A stretch of 64,000 nt of DNA. Origin: a virus. The stretch lies in IMG/VR virus record IMGVR_UViG_3300037419_001822, positions 1 to 64,000 of that record, one strand, 5' to 3'. Numbering within the stretch: position 1 is the first letter of the stretch; the number at the start of each line of letters is the position of its first letter. The notes beneath the pieces were generated by a model, which was given only the letters and a program-made list of their open reading frames with translations, was not told the DNA's origin and ran no database searches. A program made the translations under genes and the position numbers. Shown here one piece after another: positions 1 to 8,285 of this stretch.

Positions 1-160
1 TTCGCCGGGAACGACCCGACCGCCACGTCCACCAACTTCGGCTTCGCCGACTGGTGGGCCCAGTGACCCGCTGACCAGCCCCTCATCCGGGCCCGGCCCC
101 GCACCCACCGTGCGGGGCCGGGCCCGGCCCTTTTCCGACCGGCGAGGAGCGAGCTGAGCC

Positions 161-1159
161 GTGGCGATCAGCCTGGTGGGCACCACCAGCAAACCCGAGA
201 CGACCAGCGTCGCCAGCACCACCCCCACCCCGGTCACCGGGGTGGCCGCCGGGGACCTGCTGATCGTCATGGTCGGGCTGTCCCGCTCGCTGTCGGCGTT
301 CGGCGAGGCCTCCTACACCGGGTGGACGATCATCTCGGACCTGGCCACGGCCGCGATGGTCACCCGCGTGGTGTACCGGATCGCCGACGGCACCGCCACG
401 GACAACCCGCCCACGTTCACCAACTCCGGCACCACCGCCCAGGCCAACTCGGTCTGCGCCGCCTACCGGGGGGTGGACACCACCACCCCGTTCATCGACC
501 AGAACAGCCAGGTCCACCCGGGGACGGCCTCCACCACGCACGACGCCCCGGCGATCACCAACACCGACGCGAACGCGTGGGCCGCGTTCGGCGGCCTGGC
601 CCGGCAGTCCACCACCGACCTGTCCTGGACCCCGCCGACCGGGCTGACCGAGCTGCAGGACACCACCAGCGGCACGGCCAGCACCAACAACTGCTACGCC
701 ACCTGGGACGACTCCGAGGGCCCGGTGGCCACCGGCACGGTCACCTACTCGGGCACCACCGCCAGCAGCACCGCCCAGGCGGTCGTGTGGGCCGGGTTCC
801 TCAACCCCGGCGGCGGCGGGACCAACTACACCCCATCCCCGGCGGACACCCTCGGGCTCACCGACGCGGTCAGCGTCGTCCAGGACGTCGTCCGCACTCA
901 GGCCGACGACCTCGGCCTGACCGACGCCGAGAGCCACCTCCTCCCGACCTTCTACCCGCCGACGGGGCTGACCGTGACCGTGATCAGCCAGTCCCAGCTC
1001 GACGTGAGCTGGGACGCGGTGCCCAGCGCCACCGGCTACGACATCGAACGGGACGGATCGGTCATCGTCACCAGCCACGCGACCACCAGCTACTCCGACA
1101 CCGGCCTGACGGCGGGCACCGCCTACAGCTACCGCGTGCGCGCGGTCATCGAGGGCTGA
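161..1159 (+). CDS. Virion/tail-associated protein with C-terminal fibronectin type III-like domain
   Basis: Thr/Ser/Gly-rich beta-type sequence. C-terminus PTGLTVT..LDVSWDAV..ATGYDIER..YSDTGLTAGTAYSYRVRA matches the FN3 pattern. Contains two ADxLGLTD repeats shared with the next gene. Confidence 0.7.
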   Translation: MAISLVGTTSKPETTSVASTTPTPVTGVAAGDLLIVMVGLSRSLSAFGEASYTGWTIISDLATAAMVTRVVYRIADGTATDNPPTFTNSGTTAQANSVCAAYRGVDTTTPFIDQNSQVHPGTASTTHDAPAITNTDANAWAAFGGLARQSTTDLSWTPPTGLTELQDTTSGTASTNNCYATWDDSEGPVATGTVTYSGTTASSTAQAVVWAGFLNPGGGGTNYTPSPADTLGLTDAVSVVQDVVRTQADDLGLTDAESHLLPTFYPPTGLTVTVISQSQLDVSWDAVPSATGYDIERDGSVIVTSHATTSYSDTGLTAGTAYSYRVRAVIEG

Positions 1160-1163
1160 GCAG

Positions 1164-3536
1164 ATGGCCACCGAGACCGTCTACGCCGACGCCGCCGTCT
1201 CCGGCACCTGCACCAACTCGGCCAACGCCCAGGGCGCACCCAACGGCGTGTACACCGGCGACACCGCCGCAACGTCCTGGACGTGCCGCTGGTCGATCGC
1301 CGACCCGACCAACCCGCTCACCCCGGGCGCGACGCACACCGTCACGGTCACCGCCCGCAAAAGCTCGACCAACTCGGGCAACCCGAGCATCACGATCAAC
1401 CTGTACGACGGGGCCACCCTGGTCGGCGCGCTGGCGTCGAACGTGTCGGTCACCTCCTCGACCAGCCAGACCGTGCAGGGCACGTTCACCACCTCGCAGG
1501 TGTCCTCCGGGGCGAACGTGCAGATCGAACTGGCCACCACGGCGGCCGGTGGCAGCCCGTCGGTGCGCAACGCAGTCCAGGTCGACGCCATCGCCGTCGC
1601 CATGGACACCTCGCCCGCCGGGACCAACTACAGCGCGTCCCCGGCCGACACCCTCGGGCTGACCGACGCCGCGACCGTGGCGCGAGGTGCCGCCGCTACC
1701 GACTCCCTCGGCGGCACCGACGCCGTCGCGTTCCGGCGGGCCTCGGACTGGGCCGGGCCGGTGTCGGGCACCACCTCGCCCGCCGGGGCCGCCGCGTCCC
1801 CGGCCGACACCCTCGGCCTGACCGACGCCGCCACGGCCGCCGTGGACCGCCCCCGCGCCCCGGCCGACACGCTCGCCGCCTCCGACGCGGTCACCGGCGC
1901 GCTGTCCATGCCCCGCAGCGCCGCCGACACGGCCGGGCTGACCGACTCCGCGACCGCCGCGTCCGGGCTGCTCCGCACGGCCGCCGACACCGCAGGCCTG
2001 ACCGACGCGGCGACCGCCGGGCTGGCCGCGCCCCGGTCGGCCGCCGAGTCCCTCGCCGCGAGCGACACCGCCACGGCCGCCGTGGACCGCCCCCGCACGG
2101 CCGCCGACACCGCAGGCCTGACCGACGCGGCCACCGTCGCCCAGGGCCGGGCCGCCGCCGACCCGATCGGGGCGACCGACGCCGTCGCCGCCGTCCAGGA
2201 CATCGTGCGCCTCCCGGCGGACACGGCTGGACTCACCGACGCCGCCACCCTCACCCAGGGCCGTAACCCCGCCGACACTGCCGGGCTGTCCGACACCGCC
2301 ACGGTCGTCGCCGCGACCGACCGGCCGGTCACCGACTCCCTCGCCGCCACCGACGCCGCGACCGTCGAGCACGGCCTGGCCCCGGCCGATCCGCTCGGGC
2401 TCACCGACGCGGTCACCGTCGTCCAGGACGTCGTCCGCACTCCGGCCGACACCCTCGGGCTCGATGACTCCGCCACCGCCGACACGGCGGGCTCCCTGCA
2501 CCGCGACGAGGCCGACGACCTCGGGCTGACCGACGCGATCACGTCGGCCCAGGACGCCCCGCGCTCGGCGGCCGACACCGCCGCCCTGTCCGACACGGTG
2601 GCGATCAGCCGGGGGCTGGCCGCCGGTGCGGCCGACACCGCAGGCCTGACCGACGCGGCCATCCGCGTCGCCGACGCCGTCCGGGTGGCCGCCGATGCCG
2701 CCGGGCTGTCCGACGACGTCGTCGCCGAGCTGTCCGGGCAGGGCGCGGTCGCCCCCGCCGACGACCTGGGCCTGAGCGACACCGCGACCGCCGCCGCCAT
2801 GGCCCCCCGGTCGGCCGCCGACGACCTGGGCCTGACCGACGCCGTCGCCGCCGCGCTGGACCGCGACGCGACCGCCGCCGACACCCTGGGCCTGAGCGAC
2901 GCGGTCACCACCGAGTCCGGCCTCGGGGCCAGCCCCGCCGACACCGCCGCCCTGTCCGACAGCGCGACCGTCGTCGCCGACGTCGCCCGGACCCCGGCCG
3001 ACACCGTGGGGCTGTCCGACACCGCCGCCGCCCTGCTCGACGGCTTCCGCATCGCCGCCGACACCGACGCCATCGCCGACGCCGTCGACACCGCCCTCGA
3101 CCTGCCGCGCGCCGCCGACGATCCGCTGGGCCTCACCGACGAGGTCAGCGTCGTCCTGGTCATCGGCGGCACCCGGACCGACGACCTCGGCCTGACCGAC
3201 TCTGTCGATGTCGTCGCCGACCTCGAACGCGACCTCGCCGACCTGACCGCCCTCACCGACAGCGCCGTCGCCGAACTCGGCCGCACCGCCACCCGCGCCG
3301 ACACCGCGACGCTGACCGACACGGTGACCGCGTTCCTCATCCAGGGCCGCAACATCACCATCGCCTTCGGCCAGCCCCGCACCCGGGCCCTCGGCGTCGG
3401 CACCGCCCGCGTCCGACTCGCCACCGCAGCCCAGGCCCGCACCCGCACCGTCGGGGCCGGATCCGGCACCGCCCGCACCGTCACCGTTGGCCCGGCCAGC
3501 AGCCGGGCCCTCAACCCTGGGGAGCCCTCCGCATGA
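1164..3536 (+). CDS. Repeat-rich putative tail/fibre protein (~28 copies of an ~18-20 aa xAD(T/D)(L/A)GL(T/S)D unit)
   Basis: Repeats visible in the translation. Follows the upstream gene by 4 nt and overlaps the next gene (ATGA). Confidence 0.65.
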   Translation: MATETVYADAAVSGTCTNSANAQGAPNGVYTGDTAATSWTCRWSIADPTNPLTPGATHTVTVTARKSSTNSGNPSITINLYDGATLVGALASNVSVTSSTSQTVQGTFTTSQVSSGANVQIELATTAAGGSPSVRNAVQVDAIAVAMDTSPAGTNYSASPADTLGLTDAATVARGAAATDSLGGTDAVAFRRASDWAGPVSGTTSPAGAAASPADTLGLTDAATAAVDRPRAPADTLAASDAVTGALSMPRSAADTAGLTDSATAASGLLRTAADTAGLTDAATAGLAAPRSAAESLAASDTATAAVDRPRTAADTAGLTDAATVAQGRAAADPIGATDAVAAVQDIVRLPADTAGLTDAATLTQGRNPADTAGLSDTATVVAATDRPVTDSLAATDAATVEHGLAPADPLGLTDAVTVVQDVVRTPADTLGLDDSATADTAGSLHRDEADDLGLTDAITSAQDAPRSAADTAALSDTVAISRGLAAGAADTAGLTDAAIRVADAVRVAADAAGLSDDVVAELSGQGAVAPADDLGLSDTATAAAMAPRSAADDLGLTDAVAAALDRDATAADTLGLSDAVTTESGLGASPADTAALSDSATVVADVARTPADTVGLSDTAAALLDGFRIAADTDAIADAVDTALDLPRAADDPLGLTDEVSVVLVIGGTRTDDLGLTDSVDVVADLERDLADLTALTDSAVAELGRTATRADTATLTDTVTAFLIQGRNITIAFGQPRTRALGVGTARVRLATAAQARTRTVGAGSGTARTVTVGPASSRALNPGEPSA

Positions 3537-3874
3537 GCAGCCTGTCCTGGACCCGGATCAGCGCGCTGGAGCTGACCTTCCCGGTCGCCCCCACCGACGC
3601 CGCCGGGAGCCCCGTCACCATCGCCGGGGTCGACTGCGCGCTGCTGGCCTACCGCGCCAAGGGCCCCGACGCGGCCACCGTCTGGGTCGCCGCCAGCTAC
3701 GACGCCGGGACGGGCGAGGCCACGATCCTCGTCGCCGGACCGGACGCCGCCGACCCCGGCGCGGGCGGGCTGCAGCTCGCCAACGGCTCCGGCGGGGGAG
3801 ACGTCTGGGCGAGGGTGATCGACAACCCCGAGGTGGACGCCCAGTTCGTCTGCCGCATCGACCTCGTCGGCTGA
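3533..3874 (+). CDS. Small phage structural/hypothetical protein
   Basis: ATGA overlap with the upstream gene; GC3-rich codons. Confidence 0.6.
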   Translation: MSSLSWTRISALELTFPVAPTDAAGSPVTIAGVDCALLAYRAKGPDAATVWVAASYDAGTGEATILVAGPDAADPGAGGLQLANGSGGGDVWARVIDNPEVDAQFVCRIDLVG

Positions 3875-3887
3875 GAAGGAGCCCGCC

Positions 3888-4739
3888 ATGCCCAACGCGC
3901 TGAGACTGCGCCTGCCCGAAGTCGTCGTCCTCAACAAGCGGCTGGGCCGCCACATCGGGCACGACCCGGCGTCGCTGCGGTTCCTGGTCGAGGAGGCCGC
4001 GCCCGCTGTCACGAGCTGGGAGCGGATCACGCCGATCCTGAACCAGGGCGACCTCGGAAGCTGCACCGGCAACGCGGCCGTCGGCGTGCTCGGCTCCACG
4101 GTCTGCTTCGAGGCCCTCGACCAGGCCCAGCGCACCGCACTCGGGGAGGATCTCGCGGTCCGGGTCTACACGCTGGCCACCACCCTGGACGGCTTCCCCG
4201 GCCAGATGCCGCAGCAGGACACCGGCTCCGACGGCAACTCCGCCGCCAAGGCCACCCGCAACCTGGGCTACAGCTCAGGCTGGAAGCACGCCACCAGCCT
4301 CGGCGGGATGCACCGGCTGATCCAGGCCGGGCCGTTCATGGTCGGCACCAACTGGCTCTCGGACATGGATCAGCCCAACGCCGAGGGTGTGGTGCGGGCC
4401 ACCGGCGTCGTACGCGGCGGCCACGAGTACGAGGTGCTGAACTACACGAGCGCCGGGCTGTGGGAGTGCGTCAACTCCTGGTCGGACTCCTGGGGCAAGG
4501 GCGGGCACTTCTTCCTGCCCGACGAGGACATGGCCGTGCTGCTCGCCGACCAGGGCGACGCGACCGCGCTGGTGCCGCTGTCCGCGCCCGCGCCGACCCC
4601 GATCCCGCCGCCCGGCCCGGAGGTCAACGCGTTCCCGGCCGCGCAGTGGGAGGCGTTCCGCGCCGACTTCACCAAGCTGCTCGGATCCGGCCAGGAGCTG
4701 GTCCAGGCCATGGACACCTGGCTGCTGCGCACCCCCTGA
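3888..4739 (+). CDS. Papain-like (C1 family) cysteine peptidase
   Basis: NQGDLGSCTGNA (oxyanion Q and catalytic C), GGHE (His), NSWSDSWGKGGHF (Asn motif). AAGGAG RBS. Confidence 0.85.
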   Translation: MPNALRLRLPEVVVLNKRLGRHIGHDPASLRFLVEEAAPAVTSWERITPILNQGDLGSCTGNAAVGVLGSTVCFEALDQAQRTALGEDLAVRVYTLATTLDGFPGQMPQQDTGSDGNSAAKATRNLGYSSGWKHATSLGGMHRLIQAGPFMVGTNWLSDMDQPNAEGVVRATGVVRGGHEYEVLNYTSAGLWECVNSWSDSWGKGGHFFLPDEDMAVLLADQGDATALVPLSAPAPTPIPPPGPEVNAFPAAQWEAFRADFTKLLGSGQELVQAMDTWLLRTP

Positions 4740-4756
4740 CGTTCCGTCACAGACGA

Positions 4757-4803
4757 AAGCCCCCCTGCTGTCCTTCGGGACGGCGGGGGGGTCGTTGCGT
4801 TTC
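4757..4803 (+). terminator. Intrinsic terminator-like hairpin between convergent genes
   Basis: GCCCCCCTGCTGTCC-TTCG-GGACGGCGGGGGGGT stem with a C(UUCG)G tetraloop; weak T-tracts on both sides. Confidence 0.7.
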
Positions 4804-4842
4804 GGGGCCGGATCCTTACCTTTTCGATAAGGATCCGGGTAC

Positions 4843-5193
4843 TCAGCAGATCGTGCCGAGCGCCTCGACGGTGATGACCAGTCGATCGGCCGGATCGCTG
4901 ATGTAGTCGATCGACTTGCCGTCGCAGGAGTCGTGGCCCGCCTGCAGCAGCGCGTCATCGGAGAGGTGCACGCCGTCGCTCTGCACGGCGGCAAGGAAGC
5001 GGGTCTCGCCCTCGGAGCGCCCGGCGCTGGCGATGACCCAGATGAGCACGATCACCAGCAGTGTCCCGGCGGCGATCAGCAGCGGCAGCCACTGCCGGTT
5101 CACGCGCGGCTTCCATGGCTGCGGCTGCGGCATCGACAATGGCACGTACTCCTGGCCCTGTCCCTGGGTGTCGGTCACGCGCGCAGTGTTCAC
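4843..5193 (-). CDS. Single-pass membrane protein with DUF732-like extracellular domain
   Basis: TM segment WLPLLIAAGTLLVIVLIWVIA, then FLAAVQSDG..DDALLQAGHDSCDG. GTG start at 5193 after AAAGG; start is inferred. Confidence 0.6.
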   Translation of the reverse strand: MNTARVTDTQGQGQEYVPLSMPQPQPWKPRVNRQWLPLLIAAGTLLVIVLIWVIASAGRSEGETRFLAAVQSDGVHLSDDALLQAGHDSCDGKSIDYISDPADRLVITVEALGTIC

Positions 5194-5339
5194 CAAGTTG
5201 CCTTTCTGGTCAAAGCCTGTGTGTACGGGGTGGACGAACTTCCTACACTGTAGCACATCTGTAGTGACAAAAGTGTCGCGGGCACCCGATAGACTGGACA
5301 ACAGATTCAGTCATCGGGGTGAAGAAGGTGTCCAGACAC

Positions 5340-6671
5340 ATGGCATGGCAGGCGAGCGCGCTCCAGACCCCGATCACCCCGCCCGCCGGACTGCCCATGG
5401 GCGGCTACGGCACCGTCGCCGGACCCCGCATGGCCAGCGGCACCTTCTCCGAGCTGTACGCCCGCGCCGTCGTGCTGCGCGACTCCGGCACCCCCTACGT
5501 CATCGTCTCCGCCGACCTGCTCGGCTGGCCGCACGGCACCGCCGAGGCCATCCGCTCCCAGGTCACCGCCGCCACCGGCCTGCCCGCCGCCCACCTGATG
5601 CTGCTGGGCACCCACACCCACAATGGGCCCGCGCTGCCCGGCAGCCCCGACCCGTGGCGCGCCTACGCCCTCGGCGACCCCACCGCCATCGAGAACTACG
5701 AGCTGGACCTGATCAACACTGTTGTCCAGCTCGTCGTCAACGCCCTGAGCGTCGCCCCGACCAGCGTCACCGTCGACTACAAGACCACCACGCTGACCGC
5801 GTCGACCAACCGCGAAGGCCTGGCCTACACCGAGACCCAGGTGCCCGTCCTCGTCGCCCGCAAGACCGACGGGCAGCCCCTCGCCGTCCTGTTCGGCTAC
5901 GGCTCGCACCCCGTCGCCGCCGGATGGCAGACCCAGTGGGACGGCGACTACCCGGCCGCCGCAGCCGCCGCCATCGAGGCCGTCTTCCCCGGCGCGGTCG
6001 CCGCGTTCCTGCCCGGCGCCGCCGGAGACCAGAACCCCACCGGCCCGGCCGGATGGGCCCTGCGCACCAGCCTGGGCGCGAAGCTCGCCGACGTCGTCGT
6101 CTCCGCCGCCGTCGCCCCCGGCCGGGCGCTCACCTCGATCACCGCCGCCCGGCTGCAGAACACCAGCCTGCCGCTGGACATCGACCCCACCCCGGGCAAC
6201 CTCGCGGCCGTCCGTGACTGCTTCGCCACCCGCGCCGCCAACGGCACGGCCGCCGCCTGGGACCGGCGGCACGCGCAGGCCTCGGTCGACGCCATCGACG
6301 CGGGCGACACGTTCCCCACCGCGCTGACCCTGCCCATGCAGGTGTTCAAGTTCGGCGGGGCGACGCCGCTGTCGCTGGCGTTCGTCGGCGGCGAGCCCGT
6401 CTCCGGGTACGCCGTGTATTTCCGCTCCGTGTACGGCGCGGACAAGCTGTGGTTCGGCGGCTACGGCAACGGGCTGCTGACCTACCTGCCGTCGAACGAG
6501 CTGCTGCCCCCGAACCGCACCGGCGGCTCCTACGCGGGCGGCTGGAACACCGACTTCCCGGGCATCGGCGGGGGAGCGATGTGCATCTACGGGCCGATCG
6601 CGCACTTCCTCGCCGGGAACTCCGGCGTCGAGGGCGCGCTGATCAACGGGGTCGCGGCGCTACTGGCCTGA
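5340..6671 (+). CDS. Neutral/alkaline ceramidase-like metallo-amidohydrolase
   Basis: ITPP..PMGGYG, LYARAVVL, VSADLL, THTHNGP, YGSHPV, DYP, FLPGAAGDQNP and GE motifs are characteristic of the bacterial neutral ceramidase N-terminal family. Confidence 0.8.
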   Translation: MAWQASALQTPITPPAGLPMGGYGTVAGPRMASGTFSELYARAVVLRDSGTPYVIVSADLLGWPHGTAEAIRSQVTAATGLPAAHLMLLGTHTHNGPALPGSPDPWRAYALGDPTAIENYELDLINTVVQLVVNALSVAPTSVTVDYKTTTLTASTNREGLAYTETQVPVLVARKTDGQPLAVLFGYGSHPVAAGWQTQWDGDYPAAAAAAIEAVFPGAVAAFLPGAAGDQNPTGPAGWALRTSLGAKLADVVVSAAVAPGRALTSITAARLQNTSLPLDIDPTPGNLAAVRDCFATRAANGTAAAWDRRHAQASVDAIDAGDTFPTALTLPMQVFKFGGATPLSLAFVGGEPVSGYAVYFRSVYGADKLWFGGYGNGLLTYLPSNELLPPNRTGGSYAGGWNTDFPGIGGGAMCIYGPIAHFLAGNSGVEGALINGVAALLA

Positions 6672-6827
6672 CCGGGTCTCGCGGATCATCCGCTCGGTGA
6701 AGCAGGGCCACTCCTGGCCATCCTGGTTGCAGACCTCGAAGTCGCGGACGTCCTGGGTGTCGTAGCACCAGGAGCTGACCACCTTCGCCCAGTGCCGCTC
6801 CCGCAGCCGCGACGCCAGGTCGCTCAC
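6660..6827 (-). CDS. Small hypothetical protein (55 aa, C..WPC motif); not in the ORF track
   Basis: GTG start overlaps the nucleotidyltransferase stop (GTGA). Reads MSDLASRLRERHWAKVVSSWCYDTQ...QEWPCFTERMIRETRSGQ*. Confidence 0.55.
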   Translation of the reverse strand: MSDLASRLRERHWAKVVSSWCYDTQDVRDFEVCNQDGQEWPCFTERMIRETRSGQ

Positions 6828-7651
6828 CGACGGTCCCAGTGGGCCAGGTACATCCGGTGCAGCAGCCGGTCGATCGCCTCGCGGTCGGGCTCCTCCTTGA
6901 TCCGCCAGGGATTCTGCTGGCGCAGGCTCTGCAGCTCACGCTCCAGCTCGGCGACCAGGGCCAGCACCTCGACCTCCCACACCTCGCCGCGCTTGATCTG
7001 CAGGATCTTCTCGCGCCAGTCGCGCTCCATCGGCAGGATCACCCGCTGCCAGCGCAGCAGCTCGATGCCCTGCACGGCCAGCCGCACCGCATGTGAGGCG
7101 AACTTCGTGTCGTACCCGTACTTCTCGACCAGCTCGGGCCGGTTGGTCCGGCCGACCCCGACCATGCCCCGGCGCTGCCCGTTGAGGTAGCCCAGGTAGC
7201 GGTCGGCGGCCTGCAGCGACACGAACGACGGCGCGTGGTCGAGTAGACGCCAGGCGAGCCCGTCGGCGTACACCCGCGCCTCGGGTGGGGTGAACAGCAG
7301 GGTGAGGATCGACGGGTTGCCGTCGGCGGCCAGGCGGCAGAACTTCCTGGCCCCGTACACGGTGACGTCCAGGTCGCCGGGGCCGGAGCGGTTGCCGGTG
7401 CCGCCCGGCCGGTCCCAGGCGGTGTGCCGCTCGTACTGCTCGAACCGGCGCAGCCCGGTGATGAACTGCGGCGGTTCGAGGCAGACGCCCATCTGGTCGG
7501 TGTCGTCGGTGCCGGGCAGGGCGATGCCGTGCACCCCGGAGCCGACCTCGGCCAGCAGGATCAGCCCGTCCTGGGCGATCTGCCGCGCCTCGTCGGAGGC
7601 GTGCGGGTGGCCGGGGTAGGCGGCGGGGAGCTGCGGCGCGGTCCTGTTCAC
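6824..7651 (-). CDS. DNA polymerase beta-superfamily nucleotidyltransferase (RlaP/PF10127-like)
   Basis: EVGSGVHG..DDTDQMGV (GS...DxD), GNPSILTLLF, YGYDTKFASHAVRL and IKRGE motifs. GTG start at 7651 overlaps the upstream stop. Confidence 0.8.
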   Translation of the reverse strand: MNRTAPQLPAAYPGHPHASDEARQIAQDGLILLAEVGSGVHGIALPGTDDTDQMGVCLEPPQFITGLRRFEQYERHTAWDRPGGTGNRSGPGDLDVTVYGARKFCRLAADGNPSILTLLFTPPEARVYADGLAWRLLDHAPSFVSLQAADRYLGYLNGQRRGMVGVGRTNRPELVEKYGYDTKFASHAVRLAVQGIELLRWQRVILPMERDWREKILQIKRGEVWEVEVLALVAELERELQSLRQQNPWRIKEEPDREAIDRLLHRMYLAHWDRR

Positions 7652-7821
7652 CGCCAGCGCCGCGTGGTCGTCCACATCGGGGTGGGCTGCCTCAGAACGG
7701 GCCGAGGCTTGCGGTCGACGCGGGCGCTGCGGATGATCAGCCACCACACGAGGGCCGAGTTGATCGCGACCAGCGCGAGGAAGCCGACAAGGACCCAGCC
7801 GTACCAAGGCGTGACAATCAC
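7648..7821 (-). CDS. Small membrane protein (57 aa); not in the ORF track
   Basis: MIVTPWYGWVLVGFLALVAINSALVWWLIIRSARVDRK... GTGA overlaps at both ends. Confidence 0.6.
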   Translation of the reverse strand: MIVTPWYGWVLVGFLALVAINSALVWWLIIRSARVDRKPRPVLRQPTPMWTTTRRWR

Positions 7822-8285
7822 CCTCTCCCTGCTCGTCGCACGCCTCGCACGATTCGCGAGACGGTCGATTGGTGGACGCCGAAGCGCTTTGCGATCGAAT
7901 GCTGGCTTTCGCCGCTGGCCTGGGCCTGGCGGATGGATGCGACCTGCTCATCGGTCAGGCGCGCGTTCCAGTGTTTGACCCCGCCGTGGAAGAGTCCGCG
8001 ATCCCGGCCTCGGGCGACCATATCGGCGGTGTTCTGCGCTTTCGTGCCCGCGTAGGTGTGCTCGGTCGCGCAGCACGGCGGGTTGTCGCAGGTGTGCAGG
8101 ATCGACATCCCGGCCGGGATGGGTCCGCGCGTCAGCTTGTAGGCCACGCGACTAGCGCGCTGGGGTGCCCTGCAGCCAGGCGCGTCGACCAGGCCATAGC
8201 CCTTCTCGTTCCGACGACCGGTCCACTCCAGGCACCCGGACGGAGTCCTCTCCGTCCGGGCCCAGAACGACTCCGGCCAGTCCAT
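7818..8285 (-). CDS. HNH endonuclease with C-terminal helix-turn-helix (homing endonuclease-like)
   Basis: MDWPESFWARTERTPSGCLEWTG..KGYG..ILHTCDNPPCC..EH..GTKAQNTADM, then LTDEQVASIR..SIAKRFGVHQSTVSRIV. The ATG overlaps the Ro60 stop. Confidence 0.8.
   Translation of the reverse strand: MDWPESFWARTERTPSGCLEWTGRRNEKGYGLVDAPGCRAPQRASRVAYKLTRGPIPAGMSILHTCDNPPCCATEHTYAGTKAQNTADMVARGRDRGLFHGGVKHWNARLTDEQVASIRQAQASGESQHSIAKRFGVHQSTVSRIVRGVRRAGRG

Noticed and set aside
820-2450. Diversity-generating retroelement template/variable repeat pair
   Set aside because: Differences between the copies are not adenine-specific, the copies belong to a protein repeat family, and no reverse transcriptase is present in the window.
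1628-4135. 835-aa minus-strand ORF and other long overlapping ORFs (e.g. 8165..10207 +, 13528..14982 +, 57508..59283 -)
   Set aside because: These are shadow frames of well-supported genes in high-GC DNA, with Arg/Ala/Pro-rich translations and no motifs.
6824-7951. 375-aa start for the nucleotidyltransferase, and the 453-aa HNH ORF (7818..9179), as given in the ORF track
   Set aside because: The N-terminal extensions overlap other genes. Coupled starts at 7651 and 8285 fit the operon structure.
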